A DNA stretch of 64,000 nucleotides from a virus: positions 1-64,000 of the IMG/VR virus record IMGVR_UViG_3300043772_001004, one strand, 5' to 3'. The notes beneath the pieces were generated by a model. The model did not search any database and was not told where the DNA came from. It worked only from the letters and a program-made list of their open reading frames with translations. Within the stretch, counting starts at the first letter, position 1. Each line of letters starts with the position of its first letter. The position numbers were made by a program, and so were the translations under genes. Below are positions 9,301 through 20,200 of this stretch, in pieces.

Positions 9301-11246
9301 TTTTGAATTGTATAACCTTCAGGAGCTATCAACCAGGTATCTGTTTGATACTCTTCATTATATATATTTCTTATATACTTATTTTTTGGATATAGTTTAT
9401 TAAAAATTTCAATGGCTTTACTTCTAGGTATAGGACTTACCCAATCTAAGTCATGCAATTGATTTTCATCAGGTCTATATACAGCACCTTGCATGGATAA
9501 AGTTATACTTCCCGTTAGTATAAAATGTTCAGCCATTTTATCAACAATAGTTTTTGCAAATGGATCAGATTCCAATGCTTTTTCTATAGATATTTTAGAT
9601 ACTTTTTTACCAACAGATCCTGGTTTATACACAGATTGTGTGATCAATGATTGATTTTGAATCAAAATATTATCTGCAATATATCCTATGTTTTTATTTA
9701 TTCTAGAGATTTTTAAGTTATTTAAAAAATCAAAAAACTGTTTTATTAGATTTTTTATTGACTCAGTAAGTGATTTTGGTAATTGTGTATTTGTTTTTTT
9801 ATGAAGTTCTTGTGATATTAAATCTCCCACAGCTTCTAAAAGTTCATCCTTTGATAAATTCTTAAACATAGAAGACTTTCTCATACTAGAAGTAATTTCT
9901 GTTATGAGTGGGTTATGCTGCATCATAAATGCAATGACTTTACCTGCTTGTTGCGGGTAATCCTGTTGATTATTTTTATTTGTATAAATTATTTTATTAA
10001 GTATATCTACATGTGCTAAGCTATCTATACCCAATCTATCCTGAATATTTTCTAATACTTCTGTCTTTATACCAAACTTAGAAAGATATGAAGCTAATGT
10101 TTTATTTAATTCATTATTTAACTCATTATAGATCTTAGGATTATTAAGTAAATCTGTTTTATCTATATTTATTTTATTTATAGCAGAGTTTTTAATAATT
10201 TCATTTACAACTGAATCTATATCAGCCTCAGTTACTTTTGCACTTTTAATTTTTTTAACTAATCTATAGGCATTATAATCATATATACCTATTTGATTAA
10301 GTATAGGAAAGATTTTATCATAATTTTTTTGTTCATATAATTTTTTCAATTCAAATATTAAACTCCAATAATTAAAAAAGAGGTCATAGTCTACAATTTG
10401 TTCAGGAGTTACTTGATCAGCTTTTGTTTTAAATATTTTTTCTACTAATGCCTCATTGCTGAAGTATAAGTTCTTAATCATATCTTCCCCTCTAAAATTA
10501 TATGCTTTATCTACATTGAGTTTATAAAGTTTTTTCTTTTCAAGCATTCTACCTATGTCTTCTGGCACAGAAGCTACAAAATCTATATTAGCAAATAAAA
10601 TATCTAGCTCATTATATAACTCCTTTATGTTTGGTGAAGACATTAATCTTCCTTTAAAGACATTATTTTTAACATCCCATTCTCCAAATATGTAAGTATT
10701 CTTAGATTTAAAAACTTGTAGATTATCAAAGACTTGTTGAAACTTTTCTCTATCAACAGCTTTGCCTTCTCTCTTTCTATCCATGAGATTAACATAGTTT
10801 TCATAGATTGTATCAACCTCATCTTTAGTTAAGTTTAAGTATTGACCATTAGAAACAACCTGAAAACCAGTATTTTTTAATCTATCAATATTTATTCTCA
10901 TCATCATTGGTTGAGCTTCAGGATCTCTACCCTTATCAAACTCAACCTGCAATTTTGCAAATAGATCTTTATTAGGTACTGCCCAATATGTTCTATATTT
11001 TGCATCCCTTCTGTAAGTTGATCTTGACCAGTCTTCATTTTCAACAACATTGATGCTAAATAAAAGCTCACCATCTGGTACAACTAAATTAGGATACTTA
11101 GCCTTAGCAAACGCAGTATATTTCTCATTTAGTTTATCAAACTCTGCTCTATCTAAAATTCTATTTAAGCCATCAAAAGAAAAATCATCAATTATGTTTT
11201 TACTTTTTAGCTGATTAATTGTATTTATTTGTACTTGACAAGACAT
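3351..11246 (-). CDS. Giant virion/ejection polyvalent protein (2631 aa): degenerate zincin, nucleotidyltransferase, zincin, LysM, C-terminal hydrophobic helices
   Basis: LTGS...HDLD...IDIF...KLEFGRLKDIWD (NTase); VLHEFAH; HTYTKGETLQKIADKYNITVEELKKRN...GQEIVI (LysM); lies next to the virion RNAP as in crAss-like phages. Confidence 0.8.
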   Translation of the reverse strand: MSCQVQINTINQLKSKNIIDDFSFDGLNRILDRAEFDKLNEKYTAFAKAKYPNLVVPDGELLFSINVVENEDWSRSTYRRDAKYRTYWAVPNKDLFAKLQVEFDKGRDPEAQPMMMRINIDRLKNTGFQVVSNGQYLNLTKDEVDTIYENYVNLMDRKREGKAVDREKFQQVFDNLQVFKSKNTYIFGEWDVKNNVFKGRLMSSPNIKELYNELDILFANIDFVASVPEDIGRMLEKKKLYKLNVDKAYNFRGEDMIKNLYFSNEALVEKIFKTKADQVTPEQIVDYDLFFNYWSLIFELKKLYEQKNYDKIFPILNQIGIYDYNAYRLVKKIKSAKVTEADIDSVVNEIIKNSAINKINIDKTDLLNNPKIYNELNNELNKTLASYLSKFGIKTEVLENIQDRLGIDSLAHVDILNKIIYTNKNNQQDYPQQAGKVIAFMMQHNPLITEITSSMRKSSMFKNLSKDELLEAVGDLISQELHKKTNTQLPKSLTESIKNLIKQFFDFLNNLKISRINKNIGYIADNILIQNQSLITQSVYKPGSVGKKVSKISIEKALESDPFAKTIVDKMAEHFILTGSITLSMQGAVYRPDENQLHDLDWVSPIPRSKAIEIFNKLYPKNKYIRNIYNEEYQTDTWLIAPEGYTIQNLQLDTSKKVFKNGVVTGSTNKIIGYDVVDSNGNVVSSYLPLTDSHTGKIEAKLIDIFTYEKNIEEKTAGRKVTLDSGTVLEIANWQNTFNAKLEFGRLKDIWDYNRFIPNENIQEDAGLMAYGIPLVDINIETLQDARSKRVAEELAKKLSLGLNIGFQNITPEKAAEITRVSPTPYNGEPAFYYAGTVYVVGDNVSINTVLHEFAHPVINGIRTKNRKLFNNLYDALIKTVEGQQIRDNVLKNYPELVSNEDMLKSEILTYGLQLSSVNKLTQKIQTEGFESVINKILAAIKDFFRGIFGNKQGISSINEDTTLNELGSMLLENEIDLSEYDVTEDDLFQYGKFVTERANELTKSLSKESLEKIINEWYASNQAILNRSKNFKTDKAIKQMVSETIFGSKTEGGSKNLLPEAVSLLRDFQTITDTSRYTSEELMSLVIDAEDKQIKELYKQARALVNSIDKIDIIAENMLNDLGKIYKDKNVSARNTLALVNFYKQNTYAWKETIDQFNNVLRESGVKMDKDNLFYNVLNKINANLDEVDVIISQIYKKNNIQFYVELTGPMNEFVQEEFKKNLTIAFKNAYNNLAERETAINNFYNKVISQEDVTDDLEELYKRGVPKDVLARFLNLYQDMVSTPEKLQGALTGHARDVSWFNRFLESYTSSNDPIVGSLALFIQNQRTEITNDFMEESGSFLKSLEKLLPQVNFNKLNVTQIQDMVTFEDTILYWDKETGKPIQRKIRTFLNEFGNGYRYEEDILEYNLAQARISKDQDKIIQAREELRQFKKDYMWQEFVPEYYESDNVYDELVEGYDAATSKRINMEAYAKRKNALDEYNSLLSEHDDELSRFENYDAIQAAFRNFKQLSRLTYEDGTAKQDDPKKGIFDLSIAKVLVKASRAKSKFYEFVPSEKSLESAYNEFINSLAIEGIQRDTVEFDKKVREWQRQNITMKYAPAYADKRKALVARLGELQTKMNLPFDISGTYQEINDLVFTYRDELGQPITPELGEAKIKKIKDLEQSIINFRESLARNTGLTQEELSYLNSLTAMAKKGVNLTDDQKKAMVRLLEKQTKTGLNISEAAEFQSILSELGDLSEKIPTDYYMDALNFNLSRLNKPEVTSDKVNDYINSDEFQDLLDEDEILSNWFEDNHVSKKRRDKDKVEIIFELSYANRITVPSDKKYILSTKVLDNETGETITFNGVPNARHSVYRVKNEYRTIPIGESWDNYIGTIIDNKGNYLPRLFNPGNKNSAKDNKYMNQRFFDLKRSNNAEFKLLEEMKKFHLGVQKGQSNYSKLYLDMPRHALKAGDIFQAMQRGKIGERFKTFTDWKNQLVGKSITDFERGYNYDAKNNLVNTDLKGNEITYVPVEGIYNLELENTDADIITGLFKYGMSIKTQGKLLESLPIVESIVDTLEDPANQPKNMEAYSKGIFNVRNLYQNPTKAGAENNRLGQVRSLIEREYRGQQTASFEESNPRLAKWLDIIQGLSTRASLAVNIPSDLKNQFSGYMQSMIESIGGEFITSKDYAMAIPWSSQAMITWASKDAFAVGPGSLSGQMIQRFDPTFTSEDKFGNSVSKSIVKDLANGSWMYAHRKFGEMDVAVKLFGAFLHGQKVNQVVNGKQVFIRYVDAFELDKEGLMKLKTGVDVAWDTKSVFHTYTKGETLQKIADKYNITVEELKKRNNVESEIQFEDGQEIVIAKSEKFKAFKNKLQGTSRRLFGAYDRFGQPEGNKFIAYRMFFFMRKWFTPMLTNRWGINTKTASFSQGGERYDWALGKYTKGYYISAFQTLVRMLKSKGAEMAYMTDQEKSDLKRTMAEGMLIIFTALIASMLLGFDPDDDDKWKKIRERSGAINEDNFNTYGFLVNHFLLLVLGVQAETSAFVPLPKIYGVNLGADDYVKMLTSTSTSWYNTVVLYTQIMGDVLNFITFDEAERYEKDQGPYWWKQKGALKFWKRLFGVVGFTGGTGDVETTLKNQQASAGRLGG

Positions 11247-11248
11247 TA

Positions 11249-14200
11249 TTATTCACATTTAAATGGATCTTCTTCTAAACCTAGTTGATCAAGTATTTCT
11301 TGATCTGTTAAACCTTCTGCAATCTCTGTTCTTTTTTGCATTTCATTATACATTGCTGAGCCTGGATTTATGTATCCAAATTCATCAAACAATCTTGTAC
11401 TTAAATATACAAATAATTCTTGAGGCATCAATGCAGAATCCCCAAATCCTGTGTTTGGAAATGCTATAGGTGTGAATTTACTTTCACCATCATTAATAGA
11501 TTTAATGTGTGCAATTTCTTCTTCCCATAATCTTAAAACATCTTTGTAAGCTTCTTTTGGTAAATTTTGAAAATTATCCCCAAGTTTAGTTAAAGATGTT
11601 GTTATGTTCATTGTCATATTACCAGCATACTTTTCTAGTTCTTGTTGTCCACCAAAATTCTTTTTCTTCTTATTGTAAGTTTCATTAACATTGTTTTTGA
11701 TAAATACAACATTGTCATTTTGATTAACTAGTTTCTCATAGAATTCTTTATTACCTAATTCATCCTGATATTGGAAAACATTAGTTCTATTAGTTTCTAT
11801 TAGATCATATGGTGACTTTTCTTCATCTTCCATTTGGTCTGTAACATCTATACCTAGATTTGTATCAAAATCCATAAGATAGTCTTTGTATCTACCCTTA
11901 TTAATATTTCTACGAGAATTTACTTGTGTAAACTTTTCAAAGAATTTATCAAGTATAACATCTCCACTTGCATTTAATAAATCTATAAATTGATCTGATT
12001 CATTTTTCATTACATCTAAAAAGTTTGTAAAATCTACAACATTGGTAAAGCTCAATTTAGTTTTATTAAGACCAGTTTGTAAGAAGGCAAAGTTAGACAT
12101 TAATGCAAACATATCACTGATTCTATCATTCTCATCTTTATCAACTACTTTTAAAACAGATCTGTCAGAAAGATTCTTAAGATTACTTGTGTAAACATTA
12201 GCTTTAGATGTATTCATATCTTTATCAGCAAGATAGATATTAAATATAGATTTGGTTTTATCTGAGTCTTGTTTAAGTACATTCAATATCTCATAGCTAT
12301 TAAGCAATGAATCTTTATGTTCAATTAAGAATTTAACATATCTTGAAGCTAGAGCATTGTCTTTATCAATAAACAAATGATAGAAGTTATATACATTGTC
12401 CAATGCTTTATTGGTAATGTATCTCTCATAGATAAATCTACCTAATATTCCTCCATCCACATCTGGATTAGCTTCATAAAGATCTAGTCCTTCTTTTCTA
12501 AACCAAGATTTATTAACCATCTCATTGATAGGGTATTCTGATCTTAAGAACTCTCTTTCAGCAACAAATCTCATGTATAGCTCAAAGTTTAGTTTACCAT
12601 TCTCCATGAAGGTTCTTGGATCTAAAGAGTACATGTTTCTATTTTCATAGCTGTTTACTTCTTCTGATCCTCTTGCCCATGCCTCTGAATCAAATTCTTC
12701 TTTGAGTGAAGCCTCATCTATATACAAAAACTTAGTACCATCTTTGTTAGCTTTAACAAATGCCCCTCTACTTTTTATATCAGAAGCTAGTGCAGTAGGT
12801 ATTTGCTTTTTGATAGTATAAGACATGTAACTGTCTGTCAGTTTATATTTTCTAATTGCATTCTGAAAAATCATGTTAATTAGGTCATTTCTAAACATAG
12901 TCATGAATAGATCTATCTTTCCTTCACCTAATAGTTTTCTTGATACTTTTCTAAATACTTGTGAATTCTGAATAATATAGTCACTAATTACCTTGTTATA
13001 TCTAAATTTAAACAAAGGTCTAATTACAGCTAGAGATAAAGGACCATTAAAGAAAGAGCTAATAACAGAGTCATTAAGCATTCCTTTTAACAAATCTTTG
13101 CTAATTTTAGTTTCATTAGCTAATTCTTCTATAGCAGATTCTGATAATTCTATTTCTGACCCAGTTGTCTTTGTAGATGTATCAGGATTAGAAGATAGCT
13201 TTAATGATGTAAGCCCGGTGATTTGTTCTTCTATCTCTATATAATGTAAGAACATTGCTTTTGCAAGATCAGCTTCATTAGCAGAAAGTTTACCTTCATT
13301 CTTAGAGAAATTTTCAATAAGAGTTAGCATCTCCCGTTCAGTGAAAGATTTATCTTTTCTACCTTCTAAGTATTTCTCAGCTAATTCAACACCTTTTTCA
13401 TATATGTTTTTTGATTTTGCAGAACTTGATAGTTCTCTTGTATTAAAATACTTTTCAATAACTCTACTTGCAGCTTGTTTAGCTACTATAGCTGGATTAT
13501 CTGGTTTATTATTTAATACTTCAGCATATGTAGAATTAGCAAGAGTTTTTTGTTTTATGTATTCTCTAACTAGAGGATTAGATACAAAATATATTGCTTC
13601 TTTGACAGGTACACCTGTTTTTAATAAATACATTAATGTTGGTGCAGTCTCATAATTACCTTGAATAAAGAAAATCCAAGGATCTTTTTCAACATCCACC
13701 CAACCATTTATTAATTGCGCTAAAATATCTGCTACCTTATATTCATTTTCCACATCAAACATGTTAGACATTGAGATAAAGTCCTCACCATCTACATTTA
13801 ATTTATGATGTCTTAGCCACAAGTGTGCATCTCTCTCCTCTATATTTTTACCAACAATGTGCATGTATTTATTAGGCATGTATGCACCCAAGCTATTAAA
13901 GATTACATTAAAAGTATTTTCAATAGCACCCAATCCTAATGTTCTCTTACCTACAATGTTAGACTCATGTTTGTATACATTATACAATGATTCTAAAACT
14001 CTAGTAGGGCTAATAATCTTTTTAGTTGCATTATCTGGATCTATATTTGGATCCGTCATTTTATTAGCATATGGATTATATTTCATTACATACTGTGATA
14101 GTTCAGCAGCAATAGGCTCTAAAATATAATTACTATTAGGAGTGATTAAAGACACATAGTTATCTGGTAATTCCAGAATTTCTTTCATGTTATATATAAG

Positions 14201-17200
14201 ATCATTTTCTACACCTGCTTTTTGCTCTTCAAATAACATTTCTATTTCACCGGTAGATAAACCTGCAGCTTTTAATCTATTGTATTCAGCTTTGAATTCA
14301 TTATAGCTATTAAACTGTGCTTTTTTTACTGTACCATCAGAATTTAAATTTGTCATGAAGGTTGTAAGTTTATCAATATCAAAGTCAGCTCCTGATTTAG
14401 CTACAATCTCAGCTGGTGGAATGATAATATTACCTGCTTGTGGAGGAAGGAAATGATATACTTCAGCAAATTCTGCAGAGTTTAGACCCTGTACTGGAAT
14501 CCTAACTCCTACTAATGTTATTGCTCTTCTGTTAGCTTCATTATTTGCATTCAACCAAGCTTCATCTTTAATTTTTTCATTCAATCTCATGAGTGAATTG
14601 TCCATGTCTAGAACACCATCTGATAAATATACTCCAATGGTTTCCCCATTTCCATAATCTAAACTAAAAAGCTTATAATAGTCTCCCTGTATAGCTATCA
14701 TTACTTTCATAGCTGCAGTATAACCATTTGCTTTTTTATGAAATGTAGGTAAGAAGTTAGTTCCTACATATTTTTTAATTACAGCATCTCTCTCTGCTTT
14801 AGTTTTAGTAGATAAAGTTTTTGATATATCAGCATATTGATTGAAAAAGCCAGAAGACATTTGTACCAATGCTTCTCCTTTTACTTTTTGCTTAATAACT
14901 TTTTTGTTAATAATTGATAAAAGTAATTTTTCAATTTTAGCAGATTCTGGATGAAAAGATAAATCATTTACAAGAGAGTTATCACTTTCATATACATCTA
15001 TAAAATCTATAAGGTCATCACTTAATATATCATCTTTTTCTAGATTAGCTCTAATTACACTTGTAAGTTTTTCCATACTAGCATTGGCAGTTGGAAGGTA
15101 TTCTCCATCTACCTCTTCATATCCAAGTTGATTTAATAGTTGTAACTTATGAAGATTAGTTAAAAACTCTACATTTTTTATGTAGTCATTAACTCTTCTT
15201 ATAACTTCTTTATCTTTAGATATGATTTCACCATTCTCATATAATCCTTCAAGGATCATCTTTCTAATCTGTGTAGAAAATATAGTTACTTCTTTAAATG
15301 AGGAGTTAATCTCTGTCTGATTTTTAAGGAATTCTGCAAAGATGGTGTTCTCTGTAAATTTAACATTTTGATTAAAAGATCCATCTTCATTAAAGACTTC
15401 ATCACCAGTTCCAATGTGTCCAATCTTAGATCCTGTTTCAAATGTAACATAATCTACTTGTTGCTCCATCATTTTCATATGTAGGTCATATAATTCAGAA
15501 CCTTCTTTTGCAACTCCTGGAACTAATGGTGCAAGTGAGAACTTGTGGAATGATGTTACAGGTAAACCGGTTGATTGTATATTACCAAAGTACTGTAATT
15601 TGTAAGGAGGGAAAAACTGTATGGCATCTTCTAGAGTAATGTTTTCTCCTCTTGATACTTTCTTATAAAGATCTTCTTGCTCATCTGACCATTTACCTTC
15701 TAACCATTTAAGATTTCTATAAGCTTCAAAAGTTATATAACCTTGACCATCAGCTACTTTCATTTGTTTGTATTCTTTTAATACTTTTTCTGCAAGAGCT
15801 TTAGCTTTAACTGCGTCACCATATCTTTCAGTATATGTTTTAGTTAATTCTTTTAAATACTCTGGATAGTATTTAGAATCTTTTTTAAGTTCTTTCATGA
15901 TGGCAGTTTTCAATGTACCATCATATTGTCTATACTTTATTTTATCTTTTGTTCTTGTATTGTTTAAGTAATCAATATATCTTTTTGGAAGCATATTGTT
16001 TACAAACTGCATAGCTAAAGCATCAGCTCTAAAACCTAGACCACCAGAACCTAAACCAGCATTTCTTTTATGAAACTCTTCTTTCTTATGATTGTATTGT
16101 GCTAAATCACCATATGCAAGAATAACAGTTTCATATTTATGAATAAAAGAATTATATGTATATGCCTTAGTTAAAATTTCATTTACATCTTCTCCTTTCT
16201 TAGCAAATTCTGCTGCTAAAGATGCATCTACATATTCATTTTCCTCAAGCCTTTCATAGTTTTCTTGAGTCATTAGATTAAAATATTTAATTATATCTCT
16301 CTCTACTTCATCTCTTAGTGTTACATTATCATTTAATATTTCCATCATGTCAAAGTCTGCCTGTTTATTATCTACAGCATCTTGAATAATGTCATATAGT
16401 TTTTCTTGAGTGTCTTTAGTAAGGATATCATCAAATAAAGTAAATGCCTCTCCAGCAAATACCTTTCTACCTAATTTATCAGTAACTTCATTATTGTAGC
16501 CAGTATATCTTTTAAATTTCTCTATGTCATTTTTAAATCTAAAAATTCTAAGAGACTCTCCAGATAAGTAACCCATCATTATTTTAGCTCCTTCCAATTC
16601 TCCAACACCCCCTTGAGCAAATGCATTGATGTCAATGTATAAGTTTTTACTTTCTTTTGCTTTTCCAGGATATGTAATAATTGAAGTTTTTTTATCAACA
16701 GTAAGACCCATTGCCATATTCTTAGAAGCATGTCTCATAAACTCCTCTACACCATTCAACAACATTGTATGGAACTCTTGTAAGAACTTACCTACTCCAT
16801 CCATAGAAGCTGTGTTACTTCCTGTGGTATCATCTTGTTCTTTACTGATAAACTGTGTACCTGTAATATTCTGAAGAAGTAATTTTGCATTCTTTCTCTT
16901 TTTGCCATATTGCTCTGGCTTTTTTGGATTTCTCTTCATATAGAATACACTATTAAGCAATTGAGAAAAACCTACTTGCGTATTATTTTCTTTAGCTAAC
17001 CAGTGCATTTGTTTAAACAAAGGAGAAGTAGTTAACTCTTGGTAAGTTTCAGCTTTATTAATAGCTGTAATTACACGAGTTATTGTGTTATCCACAAAGT
17101 GTTCCCATACTCTATTTCTTTCTGCATTAAGTACACTAAAATTAGAAAAGCCATCTGAAAATTCATTTTGAATTTCTGCCAATATTCTTATTCTATTTTG

Positions 17201-20200
17201 TACATCATAACCCTGTTCTTTGTCCTTACGCAGTTTTATATTTATACCTTCTGCTAAGTACTTTAAAGGATTTCTTCTAAATTCATCTTTAAGAAATTCA
17301 TCATTAGATTGATTAACAACCTTCAATGCATCTAGCATTATATCTAATCCAAACTCAGTAGAAAAGTTTAAAGACTTATTATAGACAATATTATATATTG
17401 CAGGACTAGATAAGTCCAGTTCTATACCTAATGCTTTTAAAAATTCAACAGAATCTCTAGCAGTCATTACTGTTCTTTTACTAAATCTTTCTACAATTTT
17501 ATTTAACTTTAGTAAATTATTATTTGAACCAACTTCTTTTTCAACGTATTTATTTATACTTGGATCAGCCATTATAAAGTTTGTTTCCCATTCACCGGTA
17601 ACTGCATAAACATCCATACTAGCTTTAGAAAGTTTTGTTTTAAACTTCTTATCACCTTCTTTGTCTATGTTTAACTGAACGTATCTAATTCTTGGTTTTT
17701 TAAGATCTTGCCAAAAATTAGTTTCTACTCTATACTCAATTGGACTTTTATAACCTCCACCTTCAACATCAACATGTACTGTTTGAGGTAAGAGCTGCAT
17801 TAATTGCTGGAACTCTGGAAAGTTTTCTACATTATCAGCCAATCTTTGGTACATCTCATATATATCATATGAACCTTCTAAGATCTTAGCAAGTCTCTTC
17901 CACATGATATCTACACTTTCTAACTTAGGAATACCAAAGAAATCTTTTTCATACTGAATATTACCTTCCTCATCTTTAACAACTTCACCCTTAACATTTT
18001 TTTGAACTCTAAAAATTCCTGATAAAAGCATTAAGGTTTCTTCACTAGCCAGTTCTTTAGATGAGAAAGTATTACCACTTGCATCTTTAAATTGTTTTGA
18101 AGCCTCAATTGATGTTGTGTCTTCTATTTCATTATAAGATTCTTTAAGGGCTGTAAACCTAGATTTCTTTAAGTGATATGCAACAACACCTGTTTGTTGT
18201 TTACCCTCAATAGATAGTTTTATATCACCATAGTTAGTTATGATTTTAGATACAAGATCTATAATATTTTTTAGTTTAGCTTCTTGTGCCGCTAAATCAA
18301 TATTTACAGTCTCAGATTCTAAGTTCTTTAAAGCTACTTGCTTATATTCATCAACATAATATTCTTGTAACTCTAAAAACTTATCATATATATTTTCATA
18401 TAAAGCAGCTCTATTTTTTAAATTCTTAGTAGTTTTTAAAAATCCAGTTGTGGTATTAGCTTGAACATTAAAGTTTTGAAATTCAGCAGCAGCTAAAGCA
18501 TCTATTGTATTTTTAATTGTTAGACTTTCATCTGCAGTAAATGTTACTACATTTTTGTTAGCCTTAATTGCTTGGATATTTCTATCACCTCTGTTTAGTT
18601 TAGTAAATCTAACATTCTGAGTTGATGCATTTAAACTTTGGAATAAACCTTTTTTAATTGCTTGTTCTGGTTTGTTAGTTCTAAGAACATCAAACATCTC
18701 TCTTACTCTAGGAATGTCTCTTGGGCGGGTCATGTCTTTTCTAGTTATCCCACCATAAGCCCATCTTAAGAAAGAAGCTATGCGTTCAAATAGTTTAGCA
18801 AGAAATGTTGGAAGAGATTCTTTAAACTTCTCAGACTTCATATATGATCTAAAGTCTTCTGCTATGTCTTCTTCTATATCAAATGCATCAGCATCTTTCC
18901 ACTTATTTACTTTTTGAGCTTCAGCATACAATGCTTCTTTTTCTTCAAGAGTTAAGAACAACTGTGAAAAAGCATGCCATGCCTCATGGTAAATGTCCAC
19001 GTTAGTACCACCTTTCCAAAGAGTAATACTTGCATTTTCAAAAGTAGCAACAGCATCTGAGTTAGCTAATTCAGTAAGCCTCATTAAAAGCTTTATTTGA
19101 GTTTCATTATCAATTTTTACTTGTGATAAAAATGAATTATTCCACCAGTCAAGAGCTTTGTCTTTTGTTTTCTTAGTAGTAAAGAATTTATCTAAAAAAG
19201 TATTTAACTCTTGTTTTCTTGATAGATAAGAACTTTTCCCGGGTTTTCTTAAGATATTAGATATAGTATTTTGAGCTGCAATAATATCTTGTTTTGTTGC
19301 TTTTTGCGGTTTAGTCTCTGGGACAACTTCTGTTATAACAATGTCAGCATCCTCAACTTTATTTCTTCTGTTGATTAAATCTGCAAGAACATCTACATGA
19401 GATCTATATTTTTCACCAGATTTCTTATAGTAAATAAATGTTACATCATCTAGCCAACCTTTTTGAATTGAGTCTAAGATCCATTTTCTTCTTTTTTGCT
19501 CTACATTTTTATGCTTCTTACCTGTTAACCAGTCTTCATAATTCTGTACTGCAGTCTCTATATCATCAACAACCTTAACACCCTTATTTAAATTATCTTT
19601 TTGTGTAGACCATGGGTTACCAAAATGTTCTTGAAAAGGAACCATTGGTGTTAAACCTCTTGCAGGTCTCATACCCCATGTACCTTTTCCATCATTAAAG
19701 GCATCTTTGGCTACTTGATAATTATTAAAATTTTTAACTTGTGCCTTTGGTTCTGACGGAGCACTCTTTTTAGTTTTTTTATTATCTGGATTAACCTCTT
19801 TTGGAGGACCAACTTCATATAACTTTTGACCAGGTACTAATATATCAGGAATATTAAATGTCAAATATGCATTTAACCCAGAGAAGTATTTAGATGTTTC
19901 TTCTGGATACTCAATAAGAACACTGTCTTTAATAAAGTCTAAGTAATCTTCTTGTACTTCTTCTAGTTTACCCTTTTCATTTATAATATAATCGGTAAAT
20001 TCTTTACCCATTAGCTTATCAACTAGATTTAAAGATGCACTATATACTTTCTTTGGACCTTTTTGTTTTGCATAAATTTCCCAGTTTGTCCGTGCTTCTA
20101 ATAGATGTTTATATATCAACTCTCTTGTTTCAGGTGTATATAAAACATCTTGTTCTATTGGGTCTTCTCCTTTAATTTTTATTTCTAAAATAGCTTGACC

